Source: Clostridium sp. (lineage in GTDB: Bacteria > Bacillota > Clostridia > Lachnospirales > Lachnospiraceae). Taken from it: a DNA stretch of 64,000 nucleotides. The stretch covers positions 13,008 to 77,007 of the forward strand of contig JAMPFS010000006.1 of assembly GCA_023664325.1 (NCBI GenBank). The letters run 5' to 3'. Made by a program: the position numbers and the translations under genes. The notes below the pieces were generated by a model. That model saw only the letters and a list, made by a program, of their open reading frames with translations, was not told where the DNA came from and made no database searches. How positions within the stretch are numbered: the stretch's first letter is position 1; the number at the start of each line of letters is the position of its first letter. Positions 29,574-38,263 of this stretch are shown here, piece after piece.

Positions 29574-30514
29574 TTTTATCCATATTAAAGACAATCGGAA
29601 TCATTTTTCTGATGATACTGGTAATTATCATTTTCATATTGCTTTTGGTGTTATTTGTTCCCATACGATACCGGTTTTGGGGAGACTATGAGGATGCACC
29701 GGATGGGGAGGCTGTTATAAAATGGGCGCCGGTTTTTTTGAAAGCAACGGCATCCTATCATAATAAGCAGTTTGTGTATACAGTGTGGCTGCTTGGCGGA
29801 GTGGTGATAACAAATACGGAAGCAAAGCTTTCGTGGATTGGAAGACGTTTTTTTGATTTTGGGAATGATGAAGAGGAGGAGGACACAAATCGCATGGCAT
29901 CCGAAACGGTTGATGTCCCAGAGCCGGGAGCAGGGTTCCAAGCGGAAGAACAGCAGATGCGGCAGGTCTTTCGGGATGAAAAGGATTTATCGAAGGAGGA
30001 CATGATATTAAATGAGCCGGGGCGAAAACATGACAGGAAAGCAGAAAAGAGAGCCCATAAGCCGCTTTTTTTGCGGATAAGGGAAAAAAAGCGGAGTTTT
30101 CAAAAGAGGTGGCAGGAATTTGTTAAAAGGCTGAAAAAAATACAAAATAAAAAGGAGTCACTGTTAAAGGTGTATCATTCCAGGCGGTTTGAGCAGGCAA
30201 AAAGTGATTTGAAGCAGTATGCAGGGGAAATCCTACGCATTTTGAAACCGGATCAGTTAGAAGGAGATATAAAGTTTGGATTGGAAAATCCGGCAAATAC
30301 AGGATATGTGCTGGGTATGCTGGCAATGATTCTTCCGCTGTATCAGGGATTTCTGACCGTTGAACCGGATTTTACACAGCAGATTATCAAAGGCGATCTG
30401 AAGGGAAATGGAAGAATAAGGTTTATTTCCGTCGCAAAACTGGGAATTAAGGTCATATTAAATAAAAATCTTATAAAAGTAACAAGGAAAGTACAAACTA
30501 TATTACAAGAGTAA
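29570..30514 (+). CDS. YtfI-like (DUF2953-type) sporulation-associated membrane protein
   Basis: N-terminal TM helix, Lys/Arg-rich middle, DIKFGLENPANTGYVLGMLAMILPLY; precedes a YtfJ/GerW-like gene as in Bacillus ytfI-ytfJ. Confidence 0.5.
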   Translation: MILSILKTIGIIFLMILVIIIFILLLVLFVPIRYRFWGDYEDAPDGEAVIKWAPVFLKATASYHNKQFVYTVWLLGGVVITNTEAKLSWIGRRFFDFGNDEEEEDTNRMASETVDVPEPGAGFQAEEQQMRQVFRDEKDLSKEDMILNEPGRKHDRKAEKRAHKPLFLRIREKKRSFQKRWQEFVKRLKKIQNKKESLLKVYHSRRFEQAKSDLKQYAGEILRILKPDQLEGDIKFGLENPANTGYVLGMLAMILPLYQGFLTVEPDFTQQIIKGDLKGNGRIRFISVAKLGIKVILNKNLIKVTRKVQTILQE

Positions 30515-30573
30515 AGAAATACTAAATTCGCAGCAAAGCTGCTCATTAAGTGTTCAATATAGGAGGGAAAAAC

Positions 30574-30972
30574 ATGGCAAATGATTTTAACACAACAGTA
30601 AGTTCATTATTTCAGGGAATGGATAAATTCCTTACCACAAAAACAGTAGTAGGCGAGCCTACAAAGATTGGAGATACCATTATTCTTCCGCTTGTGGATG
30701 TAAGCTTTGGCGTGGGCGCCGGCGCATTTTCTGCTGCTGACAAGAATAATGGAGCAGGCGCATTGGGAGGAAAAATGACTGCAAGCGCAGTATTGGTCAT
30801 TCAGAATGGGCAGATCCGTCTTGTCAATGTAAAGAATCAGGATACGGTAACGAAGGTGCTGGATATGGTTCCGGATTTGATTGAACGTTTCCAGAATAAG
30901 AAAGAGGATGATGATTCATCAGAGGATTTAGAAGTAGATGCTGCGGTGTCTGACATTTTAGAGCAGAAGTAA
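30574..30972 (+). CDS. YtfJ/GerW-family sporulation protein
   Basis: VVGEPTKIGDTIILPLVDVSFGVGAGAF ... GGKMTASAVLVIQNGQIRLV; start at Met 30574 behind aggaggg. Confidence 0.7.
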   Translation: MANDFNTTVSSLFQGMDKFLTTKTVVGEPTKIGDTIILPLVDVSFGVGAGAFSAADKNNGAGALGGKMTASAVLVIQNGQIRLVNVKNQDTVTKVLDMVPDLIERFQNKKEDDDSSEDLEVDAAVSDILEQK

Positions 30973-31047
30973 ATTATTTTATTGTCACAAAGGAAGCAAA
31001 ACCGGAATATACTGTCTTATAGGAGGGTGTACGGAGGTACGGTTACT

Positions 31048-31185
31048 ATGAAACGGGTATGGGGTTTTGCTTTCTTTTGGTTTGCTGTCGGAATGATTGT
31101 GGATTATTTGATGGAGGGATTTTGGAATTTTATGGTGGTTGTGATTGCATTAGCAATATCATATCTCTTATTCTGCCGTTGCTGA
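31048..31185 (+). CDS. small two-TM membrane protein (45 aa)
   Basis: Met 31048 behind ggaggt; hydrophobic throughout. Confidence 0.4.
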   Translation: MKRVWGFAFFWFAVGMIVDYLMEGFWNFMVVVIALAISYLLFCRC

Positions 31186-31201
31186 GAAAAGCAATTTTCA
31201 T

Positions 31202-31234
31202 AAAAAAAGAACCATATGAATGGTTCTTCTTTTC
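31202..31234. terminator. bidirectional terminator
   Basis: aaaaaagaaccat atga atggttcttctttt. Confidence 0.75.
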
Positions 31235-31240
31235 TCCAAA

Positions 31241-31426
31241 CTAAGCTCTCTCAACTTTACCGGATCTTAAGCATGAAGTACAAACATAAATTCTCTTAGG
31301 TGTGCCGTTAACAATTGCCTTAACCTTCTTAATGTTAGACTTCCACATCTTGTTAGATCTTCTATGAGAATGGCTCACCTGAATACCGAAATGAGCAGCT
31401 TTGTCACATACTGAACACTTTGCCAT
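31241..31426 (-). CDS. rpmB: 50S ribosomal protein L28
   Basis: MAKCSVCDK...VSHSHRRSNK...RIYVCTSCLRSGKV; start at MAK behind aaggagg. Confidence 0.92.
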   Translation of the reverse strand: MAKCSVCDKAAHFGIQVSHSHRRSNKMWKSNIKKVKAIVNGTPKRIYVCTSCLRSGKVERA

Positions 31427-31718
31427 GACTTGCACCTCCTTGAATATATTAACCTATCGGTTTGCAACACGTCAATTCTAACAGAAGTAATATTAAAATG
31501 CAAGCATAAATTTAAAAAATATATTTCATTTTCAACCAAATATTGGTATAATAGTAAAAACTTTTGCCAATATCGTGTATTTTATCTTAGAAATGCTTCG
31601 GATAAAATAGAATAATTTGTAGCAACATATGTCATATAGTAATTGAGTGCTATTTTGCATATATTGTGTCATATGATTTTGGTAAATTAAGAAGAATTTA
31701 GAATATGGAGGAACAGGT

Positions 31719-32078
31719 ATGAAGATAGAAGTAGATACTCCAAATGGTGATGTAATCATTGAAAGTGACGTGATTGCCCAGTATGCCGGGCTTTCAGCCA
31801 TTGAGTGTTTTGGCATTGTGGGAATGGCTACCATTAATATGAAGGATGGTTTTGTGAAGCTTCTTCGGGGAGACAGTGTTTCCAAAGGCGTGAATGTGAC
31901 AGTTGGCGAGAATAACTCGATTGCCATTGATTTTCACATTATTGTAGCATATGGTGTAAGCATTTCCACTGTTGCAGAGAATCTGATGTCAACGGTTCGC
32001 TATAAAGTGGAAGAATTTACCGGTATGCAGGTGGAAAGTATTAATGTATTTGTTGAAGGCGTACGGGTAATTGATTAG
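31719..32078 (+). CDS. Asp23/Gls24-family envelope stress protein
   Basis: VIAQYAGLSAIECFGIVGM; divergent from rpmB and followed by a DAK2 protein, as in Bacillus yloU-yloV. Confidence 0.85.
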   Translation: MKIEVDTPNGDVIIESDVIAQYAGLSAIECFGIVGMATINMKDGFVKLLRGDSVSKGVNVTVGENNSIAIDFHIIVAYGVSISTVAENLMSTVRYKVEEFTGMQVESINVFVEGVRVID

Positions 32079-32086
32079 GAGGAGCT

Positions 32087-33841
32087 ATGGGTCAGAGTAT
32101 GAAAGTGAATGCTAAGAGCCTGCAGTATGGATTTTTGGCAGGCGCAAAAAGTATTGAAGAGAAGAAAGATTATATTAATGAGTTAAATGTATTCCCGGTA
32201 CCGGATGGTGATACAGGAACAAATATGACATTGACGATCACTTCCGCAGCCAGGGAAGTGGCAAGCATCAAGGATCCAACTTTTGCGAACGTGACGAAAG
32301 CGATGTCAACCGGATCGCTGCGTGGCGCAAGAGGTAACTCCGGTGTCATTCTTTCCCAGTTAATCAGAGGATTTTGTAAGGAGCTTGAGGGAAAGGAAGA
32401 GGTTGTAATTGAAGATATTGCTGCGGCATTTAACCGTGCAGTCGCAACGGCATATAAGGCGGTTATGAAGCCAAAAGAGGGTACTATTTTAACGGTCGCA
32501 AAAGGGCTTTCTGATAAAGCTTCGGAACTGAGCCGTTCCCAAAAGGATTTGGCAGAGTTTGCAGAGGCTGTGCTTGCCTATGGCAGGGAGGTGTTGAATC
32601 AGACACCGGAAATGCTTCCGGTATTAAAGGAAGCAGGTGTTGTAGATTCCGGCGGCGAGGGTCTTATGACTATTTTAGAAGGTGCCTTTGATGCTCTGAC
32701 GGGTAAGGTAACCTATGATTTTTCCAATGGCTATGGTGACGTACCGGCAGGTGGCAAACCGGCTCCGGATGCTTCCGGTCTTAAGACAACAAATTCGGCT
32801 GGGATTGACCGCAAGGAGATTGACACGTCCCATATTAAATATGGATATTGTACAGAATTTATCATTATGATTGAGAAAGAATACAATAAGCAGATTGAGG
32901 AGGAATTTAAATCCTATTTAGAGTCGATTGGTGATTCTTTAGTTGTGGTTTCGGATGATGAAATCGTAAAGGTACATGTACACACGAACCACCCGGGACT
33001 TGCCTTCGAGCGTGGTCTCACATATGGTTCCCTGACGAGCATGAAGGTGGATAACATGCGCGAGGAACATAGGGAGAAGGTAATTATGGAGGCCGAGAAA
33101 ATGGCTGCCAAACAGGCACAGGAGCGTGCAGCGGCAAAAGCGGCGGTGGATGATGCGGTGAGATCCGAGAATGCCCGGCAAAAAGAATACGGATTTGTTT
33201 CCGTTTCTGTTGGTGAAGGGATGAATGATATTTTTAGGGATTTGGGCGTGGACTATCTGATCGAGGGAGGACAGACCATGAACCCGAGTACGGAAGATAT
33301 GCTAAATGCAATCGAACAGGTAAATGCAAAAACCATTTATATTCTGCCAAACAATAAAAATATTATTTTAGCGGCAAACCAGGCGCAGTCCTTAGTGGAG
33401 GATAAGGAGATCATCGTAGTGCCATCGAAGACCGCACCGCAGGGTGTGGCAGCGTTGATTGGATTTGATCCTTCCAAATCAGGTGAAGATAATCTTTCCT
33501 CAATGACTGCGGATATGAGTAATGTAAAGACGGGGCAGGTAACCTATGCAGTCCGGGATACGAGTATTGATGGAAAAGAAATCAATGCCGGGGATATTAT
33601 GGGGATTGATGATGAGGGAATCAAGGCAGTATCTTCCGATCTTCTGACGGCTGCGAAGGAACTTCTGTCAGAGATGGTGGATGAAGATTCTGAGTTAATC
33701 AGTATTTATTATGGCGCAGATGTCAAAGAGGAAGATGCCAAAGCATTCGCAGAATATGTTGAAGATACCTACAACGAATGTGATGTTGAGTTTAATTATG
33801 GTGGACAGCCGATTTACTATTACATTTTCTCTGTGGAGTAA
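32087..33841 (+). CDS. DAK2-domain fusion protein (YloV-like)
   Basis: PVPDGDTGTNM DhaL motif, long C-terminal domain; conserved partner of Asp23. Confidence 0.85.
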   Translation: MGQSMKVNAKSLQYGFLAGAKSIEEKKDYINELNVFPVPDGDTGTNMTLTITSAAREVASIKDPTFANVTKAMSTGSLRGARGNSGVILSQLIRGFCKELEGKEEVVIEDIAAAFNRAVATAYKAVMKPKEGTILTVAKGLSDKASELSRSQKDLAEFAEAVLAYGREVLNQTPEMLPVLKEAGVVDSGGEGLMTILEGAFDALTGKVTYDFSNGYGDVPAGGKPAPDASGLKTTNSAGIDRKEIDTSHIKYGYCTEFIIMIEKEYNKQIEEEFKSYLESIGDSLVVVSDDEIVKVHVHTNHPGLAFERGLTYGSLTSMKVDNMREEHREKVIMEAEKMAAKQAQERAAAKAAVDDAVRSENARQKEYGFVSVSVGEGMNDIFRDLGVDYLIEGGQTMNPSTEDMLNAIEQVNAKTIYILPNNKNIILAANQAQSLVEDKEIIVVPSKTAPQGVAALIGFDPSKSGEDNLSSMTADMSNVKTGQVTYAVRDTSIDGKEINAGDIMGIDDEGIKAVSSDLLTAAKELLSEMVDEDSELISIYYGADVKEEDAKAFAEYVEDTYNECDVEFNYGGQPIYYYIFSVE

Positions 33842-33870
33842 ATGTTTAAGCAGGGTATGGGAACGGTAGG

Positions 33871-34557
33871 ATGAAAGAGATTTTGATTGTGGAAGATGAC
33901 ACAGCAATCCGCAGGGAAATGGAAGAACTGCTGCAAAACAACGGTTATGTGGTATCGGCTGCCGGGCGGTTTGATAACTTAAGCGAACAGCTTCAAAAAA
34001 CGGCGGCAGATTTGATTTTACTGGATATCAATCTTCCGGGGGTAAACGGGGAAATGCTGCTAAAGGAATTGCGCAGGGAATCCCAGATACCGGTCATTAT
34101 GGTGACAAGCCGGGCATCGGAGGTTGATGAGGTGTTATCCATGAGTTTCGGCGCAGATGATTATATTACCAAGCCTTATAATCCGACGATTCTGCTTTTG
34201 CGGATTGCGGCGATATTAAAAAGGACAGAGTATTCCGGGGAAACTCTGTCTTTTCGTAATCTGCGTATAAACCCTGCGAAGGGGGTGTTAAGCAGACTGG
34301 AAAACGGTACGGCGGCAGAGGCGGAAATTTCTCTTACCAAGAATGAAATGCTCATTTTGCAAACGCTGTTAAGCCACAAAAACCGTATCGTAAAACGGGA
34401 TGAGCTGATGACGGTTTTGTGGGATAATGATGAGTATATCAATGACAATGCCCTTACCGTGAATGTCAGCAGGCTGCGGGCAAAGCTTGACGGGTTTGGA
34501 TATCCGGATGTCATAGAAACCAGAAAAAAACAGGGATATATTTTAATCGAGGAGTAA
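33871..34557 (+). CDS. OmpR-family response regulator (BceR-like)
   Basis: ILIVEDD, LDINLPGVNG, winged-helix C-terminus; paired with an intramembrane-sensing kinase. Confidence 0.85.
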   Translation: MKEILIVEDDTAIRREMEELLQNNGYVVSAAGRFDNLSEQLQKTAADLILLDINLPGVNGEMLLKELRRESQIPVIMVTSRASEVDEVLSMSFGADDYITKPYNPTILLLRIAAILKRTEYSGETLSFRNLRINPAKGVLSRLENGTAAEAEISLTKNEMLILQTLLSHKNRIVKRDELMTVLWDNDEYINDNALTVNVSRLRAKLDGFGYPDVIETRKKQGYILIEE

Positions 34558-34630
34558 CCGGACGGAACGGGCGGTTGAGAACCGCTGTTTTTTAGATGTT
34601 TGTCCAATGTACAGATTTGGGGAGAACACG

Positions 34631-35701
34631 ATGCAGTTAAAAAATTATCTGAAGGATAGATGGTTTGTCATTTTATTTGGAACCGGAATATTTGTTGTAT
34701 TGTTTATGCTTTTAGCGGCATTTAAGACGCCGGCTGCGCTTAAGGCGGCATTTACACTGATATTCTGGTTTTTCATGGTGGTGTCTGTCGGATTTGAATA
34801 TGTGCGCAAATATCGGTTTTACAATGAACTGAAAAAGAACTTAGATGGCCTTGACCAGAAATACCTTGTGCTGGAAACGTTGGAACGGCCGGATTTTTAC
34901 GAGGGGCAGATTATGGCCGATCTGCTTTATGAGATTGATAAATCCATGACGGAGCGGGTAAAGGCATATTCCATGAACATAGAGGATTTTAAGGAATATA
35001 TTGAGATGTGGATTCATGAAGCAAAGATACCGGTATCAAGCCTTTTGCTGATGTGCCGCAATCAGCAGGATAAAGCGCTGCCGGGCAAAGAGGGAGCCGG
35101 GGCTTGTGAAAGTGGCAGCGGGCTGTCGAATCCACTGTCAGATAAAAAGTACCTTGCGCAAATAAGAAGGCTGGATGCTTATATTAACCAGGTGCTTTTT
35201 TATGTGCGGGCAGAGCATGCGGAAAAGGATTACCGGATCCGGCGGACGGATTTGAAGAAGCTGGTGCATAAGGTGGTGATGGACAATAAAGATGATTTAT
35301 TGGAAAGCGGCATTACTCCGAAGATCAGTGCGGTTGACCGGGAAGTGGTAACGGATGCAAAGTGGCTGGAATTTATTTTAAACCAGATTCTGAACAATGC
35401 CGTGAAATACAGACGGGAGGATGTGGAATCGGAGATTGCAATCTGGACGGAGGAGAAAGACGGCTGTATTTTCCTGCATGTAAGGGATAATGGAATCGGC
35501 ATTCCAAGTGCCGATATCCAGCGGATTTTTGAGAAATCCTTTACCGGGGAAAATGGCAGGAAACAGGCGAAATCGACCGGCATGGGACTTTATATTGCCA
35601 AAAATCTCTGCCGGCAGCTTGGGCATGGCATTGATGCGCAGTCCGTTGTGAATGAATATACGGATATACGGATTTGGTTTGATGCGGGTGAGGCTGCATA
35701 A
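34631..35701 (+). CDS. intramembrane-sensing histidine kinase (BceS-like)
   Basis: Two N-terminal TM helices with a very short loop and no sensor domain; H-box WIHEAKIPVSS; NNAVKY, DNGIGI, GMGLYI boxes. Confidence 0.8.
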   Translation: MQLKNYLKDRWFVILFGTGIFVVLFMLLAAFKTPAALKAAFTLIFWFFMVVSVGFEYVRKYRFYNELKKNLDGLDQKYLVLETLERPDFYEGQIMADLLYEIDKSMTERVKAYSMNIEDFKEYIEMWIHEAKIPVSSLLLMCRNQQDKALPGKEGAGACESGSGLSNPLSDKKYLAQIRRLDAYINQVLFYVRAEHAEKDYRIRRTDLKKLVHKVVMDNKDDLLESGITPKISAVDREVVTDAKWLEFILNQILNNAVKYRREDVESEIAIWTEEKDGCIFLHVRDNGIGIPSADIQRIFEKSFTGENGRKQAKSTGMGLYIAKNLCRQLGHGIDAQSVVNEYTDIRIWFDAGEAA

Positions 35702-35721
35702 GGGAAAGGAGGGAATGCGAA

Positions 35722-36180
35722 ATGATAGTATCATTTGATTTAGATGATACGCTGTTTGTATCGCCGGATAAGTTTAAAACAGAGGCGGAATTGCACTTTC
35801 CCTGGAATAAAATTTATAAAGAAAGATTAAGGCTTGGGACAATTTCACTGATGGAACGGCTAAAGGATGAGGGAATACATATCTGGATTTATACAACATC
35901 TTTTCGCTCGGAACGTTATATCAAAGGTCTGTTTCGCCATTATGGAATAAAACCGGATGGCATTGTGAATGGGAACAGGCATGCGCAGGAGGTTCAGGGA
36001 AATAAAACGGAACCGATGCCGTCGAAATATCCGGGCAGGTATCGGATTGATTTACATGTCGATGATGATGTGTCCGTATTGCAAAACGGAAGGCGCTATG
36101 GTTTTAAGGTTCATCTGGTTGGTCCGCAGGATGATGCGTGGGTGGAAAAAATATTGGATACGGTTCATCGCATTCGCTGA
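35722..36180 (+). CDS. small HAD-superfamily hydrolase-like protein
   Basis: Motif I FDLDDTL, later HVDDD. Confidence 0.6.
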   Translation: MIVSFDLDDTLFVSPDKFKTEAELHFPWNKIYKERLRLGTISLMERLKDEGIHIWIYTTSFRSERYIKGLFRHYGIKPDGIVNGNRHAQEVQGNKTEPMPSKYPGRYRIDLHVDDDVSVLQNGRRYGFKVHLVGPQDDAWVEKILDTVHRIR

Positions 36181-36285
36181 TAGGGGAGATAGTGGCGGTA
36201 AAGTGGTGGCTGCTGTGAGGGCGTATGTGAAGAAAAATGATTCATTAAAGAAAAATACAAAGCATTTTTGGAGGGATGGGATAAA

Positions 36286-36340
36286 GAATAAAACTGGATG
36301 GCATTGTGAATGGAAAAAGGTATGTCGATGTGATATAATA
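36286..36340 (+). pseudogene. short remnant duplicating an internal segment of the upstream HAD-like gene
   Basis: gaataaaactggatggcattgtgaatgg (36286-36313) matches 35945-35972 at 27 of 28 nt; it reads IKLDGIVNGKRYVDVI-stop versus IKPDGIVNGNRHAQEV in the intact gene. Confidence 0.5.
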
Positions 36341-36395
36341 TGAACACTTAATGAGTGTAAGCGAAGCGCATTACCAAAAAAGGAGTATAAGAGTT

Positions 36396-38090
36396 ATGAC
36401 AGGAAATAAGCCGATTGCGATTGGGATAGAAAATTACAAAGAGATAGTGAATAAGCCCTACTATTATATTGACAAAACTCTCTTGATTCAGGAAATACTG
36501 GCTAAAGGCGGAAAGGTGAATCTCTTTACCAGACCCAGACGTTTCGGCAAAACCCTTGCCCTCAGCGTGATAAAAACCTTCTTTGAGCAGGAGACGGATG
36601 TACAGGGAAACATTACCGATAACCGGCATTATTTTGACGGCATGAAGATCAACAGGGCGGGAGAGGACTACACGAAGCATATGGGGCAGTACCCGGTGAT
36701 TTCCCTGTCGCTAAAATCCGCCAAGCAGCCGGATTTTGACATGGCATATACGATGCTGGTAGACCAGATTTCGGCTGAATTTAAGCGGCACCGGTATATC
36801 CTCCATGCTGATGTATTATTAGAGGATGAACAACAGCAATATGAGGAGATTATGCTGCGGAAGGCAGGAAAAGCGGAATATGCAACTGCCTTGAAGTTTT
36901 TGTCCGACTGCCTGAAAAAGTATCACAAACAAAACGTTATCATCTTAATTGATGAATATGATGTGCCGCTGGAAAATTCTTATTTTGCGGGATTCTATGA
37001 GGAGATGATTACCTTTATCCGCTCGCTGTTTGAATCGGCATTAAAGACCAACGAAAGCCTGGAATTTGCCGTGATTACCGGATGCCTGCGGATCAGCCGG
37101 GAGAGCATTTTTACCGGACTGAACAATCTGGCGATTAATTCCATTTTGAATGTGGATTATGCGGAGTATTTTGGTTTTACACAAGGGGAAGTGGAACGGA
37201 TGCTGGCAGATTATGATTTGTCGGCAAAGGTCAGTGAGGTAAAGGATTGGTATGACGGCTATCTGTTTGGAAAAACAGAGGTTTACAATCCGTGGAGTGT
37301 GATTAATTATGTTAAGACATTGATTTCGGATTCGGATGCATTCCCAAAGCCGTACTGGTCAAACACTTCATCCAACAGCATTATCCGGGAGCTGATTGAG
37401 GAAGCCGACAGTGTAGTGAAGCAGGAGATTGAGGATTTGCTGGCAGGCGGAACGATTGAAAAGCCGATTCATGAAGATATCACCTATGAGGATATCCATA
37501 AAACGCAGGATAATCTGTGGAATTTTCTGTTTTTTACCGGGTATCTGAAGAAGATAAAGGAACGGTTTGAGGAAGAAACCATATATCTGACATTGACCGT
37601 ACCGAATAAAGAGGTTGCCGGCATATACCGGAATACCATTTTAGAATGGTTTGACAAACGGCTGAAAACAACAGACTTAAGCAATCTCCATCAAGCAATA
37701 TTGGAGGGGGATTGTGAAACCTTTGCAAATGAAGTGTCGGAACTGCTATTGGAAACGATCAGTTTTTATGATTATGCAGAAAATTACTATCACGGGTTTT
37801 TATGCGGACTGTTAAAAGGCTGCCATCACTATACCGTGGTCTCCAACCGGGAGAGCGGCAACGGAAGACCGGATATTTTATTTAAGCATTTATCGATCAG
37901 AGGGCAGGCGGTGATTATGGAGTTAAAGGCGGTGAAGGAGTTTGACCGCATGGAGGCGGGCTGTGATGAGGTGTTAGCACAGATCGAGGAGCAGAACTAT
38001 GCGGCAGTGCTGCATAAGGAGGGATACCGGAATATCCGCAAGTATGGAATCTGTTTTTACCGGAAGGAGTGCATGGTGAAAGAGGGGTGA
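36396..38090 (+). CDS. AAA-ATPase-like N-domain fused to a PD-(D/E)XK nuclease-like C-domain
   Basis: GIENYKEIV...YYIDKT...LFTRPRRFGKT (P-loop-like), ILIDEYDVP (Walker B-like), C-terminal GNGRPDIL...IMELK nuclease-like motif; start at Met 36396 behind aaggag. Confidence 0.65.
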   Translation: MTGNKPIAIGIENYKEIVNKPYYYIDKTLLIQEILAKGGKVNLFTRPRRFGKTLALSVIKTFFEQETDVQGNITDNRHYFDGMKINRAGEDYTKHMGQYPVISLSLKSAKQPDFDMAYTMLVDQISAEFKRHRYILHADVLLEDEQQQYEEIMLRKAGKAEYATALKFLSDCLKKYHKQNVIILIDEYDVPLENSYFAGFYEEMITFIRSLFESALKTNESLEFAVITGCLRISRESIFTGLNNLAINSILNVDYAEYFGFTQGEVERMLADYDLSAKVSEVKDWYDGYLFGKTEVYNPWSVINYVKTLISDSDAFPKPYWSNTSSNSIIRELIEEADSVVKQEIEDLLAGGTIEKPIHEDITYEDIHKTQDNLWNFLFFTGYLKKIKERFEEETIYLTLTVPNKEVAGIYRNTILEWFDKRLKTTDLSNLHQAILEGDCETFANEVSELLLETISFYDYAENYYHGFLCGLLKGCHHYTVVSNRESGNGRPDILFKHLSIRGQAVIMELKAVKEFDRMEAGCDEVLAQIEEQNYAAVLHKEGYRNIRKYGICFYRKECMVKEG

Positions 38091-38138
38091 AGAACAGAAA
38101 TAATTGAGAGCATATCGGAATTTATATTACAAAATTGT

Positions 38139-38181
38139 AACCTTCTGTCAGGATAAACAAACGACAGGAGGTTTTCTTTTT
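38139..38181 (+). terminator. rho-independent terminator
   Basis: aaccttctgtc ... gacaggaggtt followed by ttctttttc. Confidence 0.7.
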
Positions 38182-38263
38182 CGTACAATGAGAAAAATAG
38201 AGATGAGCAAAACTTAAGTTTTCTTCCTCTCTATAAGAAAAAATAAACGGAGGCGAAAAAGAA

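Noticed and set aside
35969-36343. 124-aa plus-strand ORF overlapping the 3' half of the HAD-like gene
   Set aside because: It is out of frame with the HAD gene. It is kept open only because it runs into the degenerate duplicate fragment at 36286-36340.
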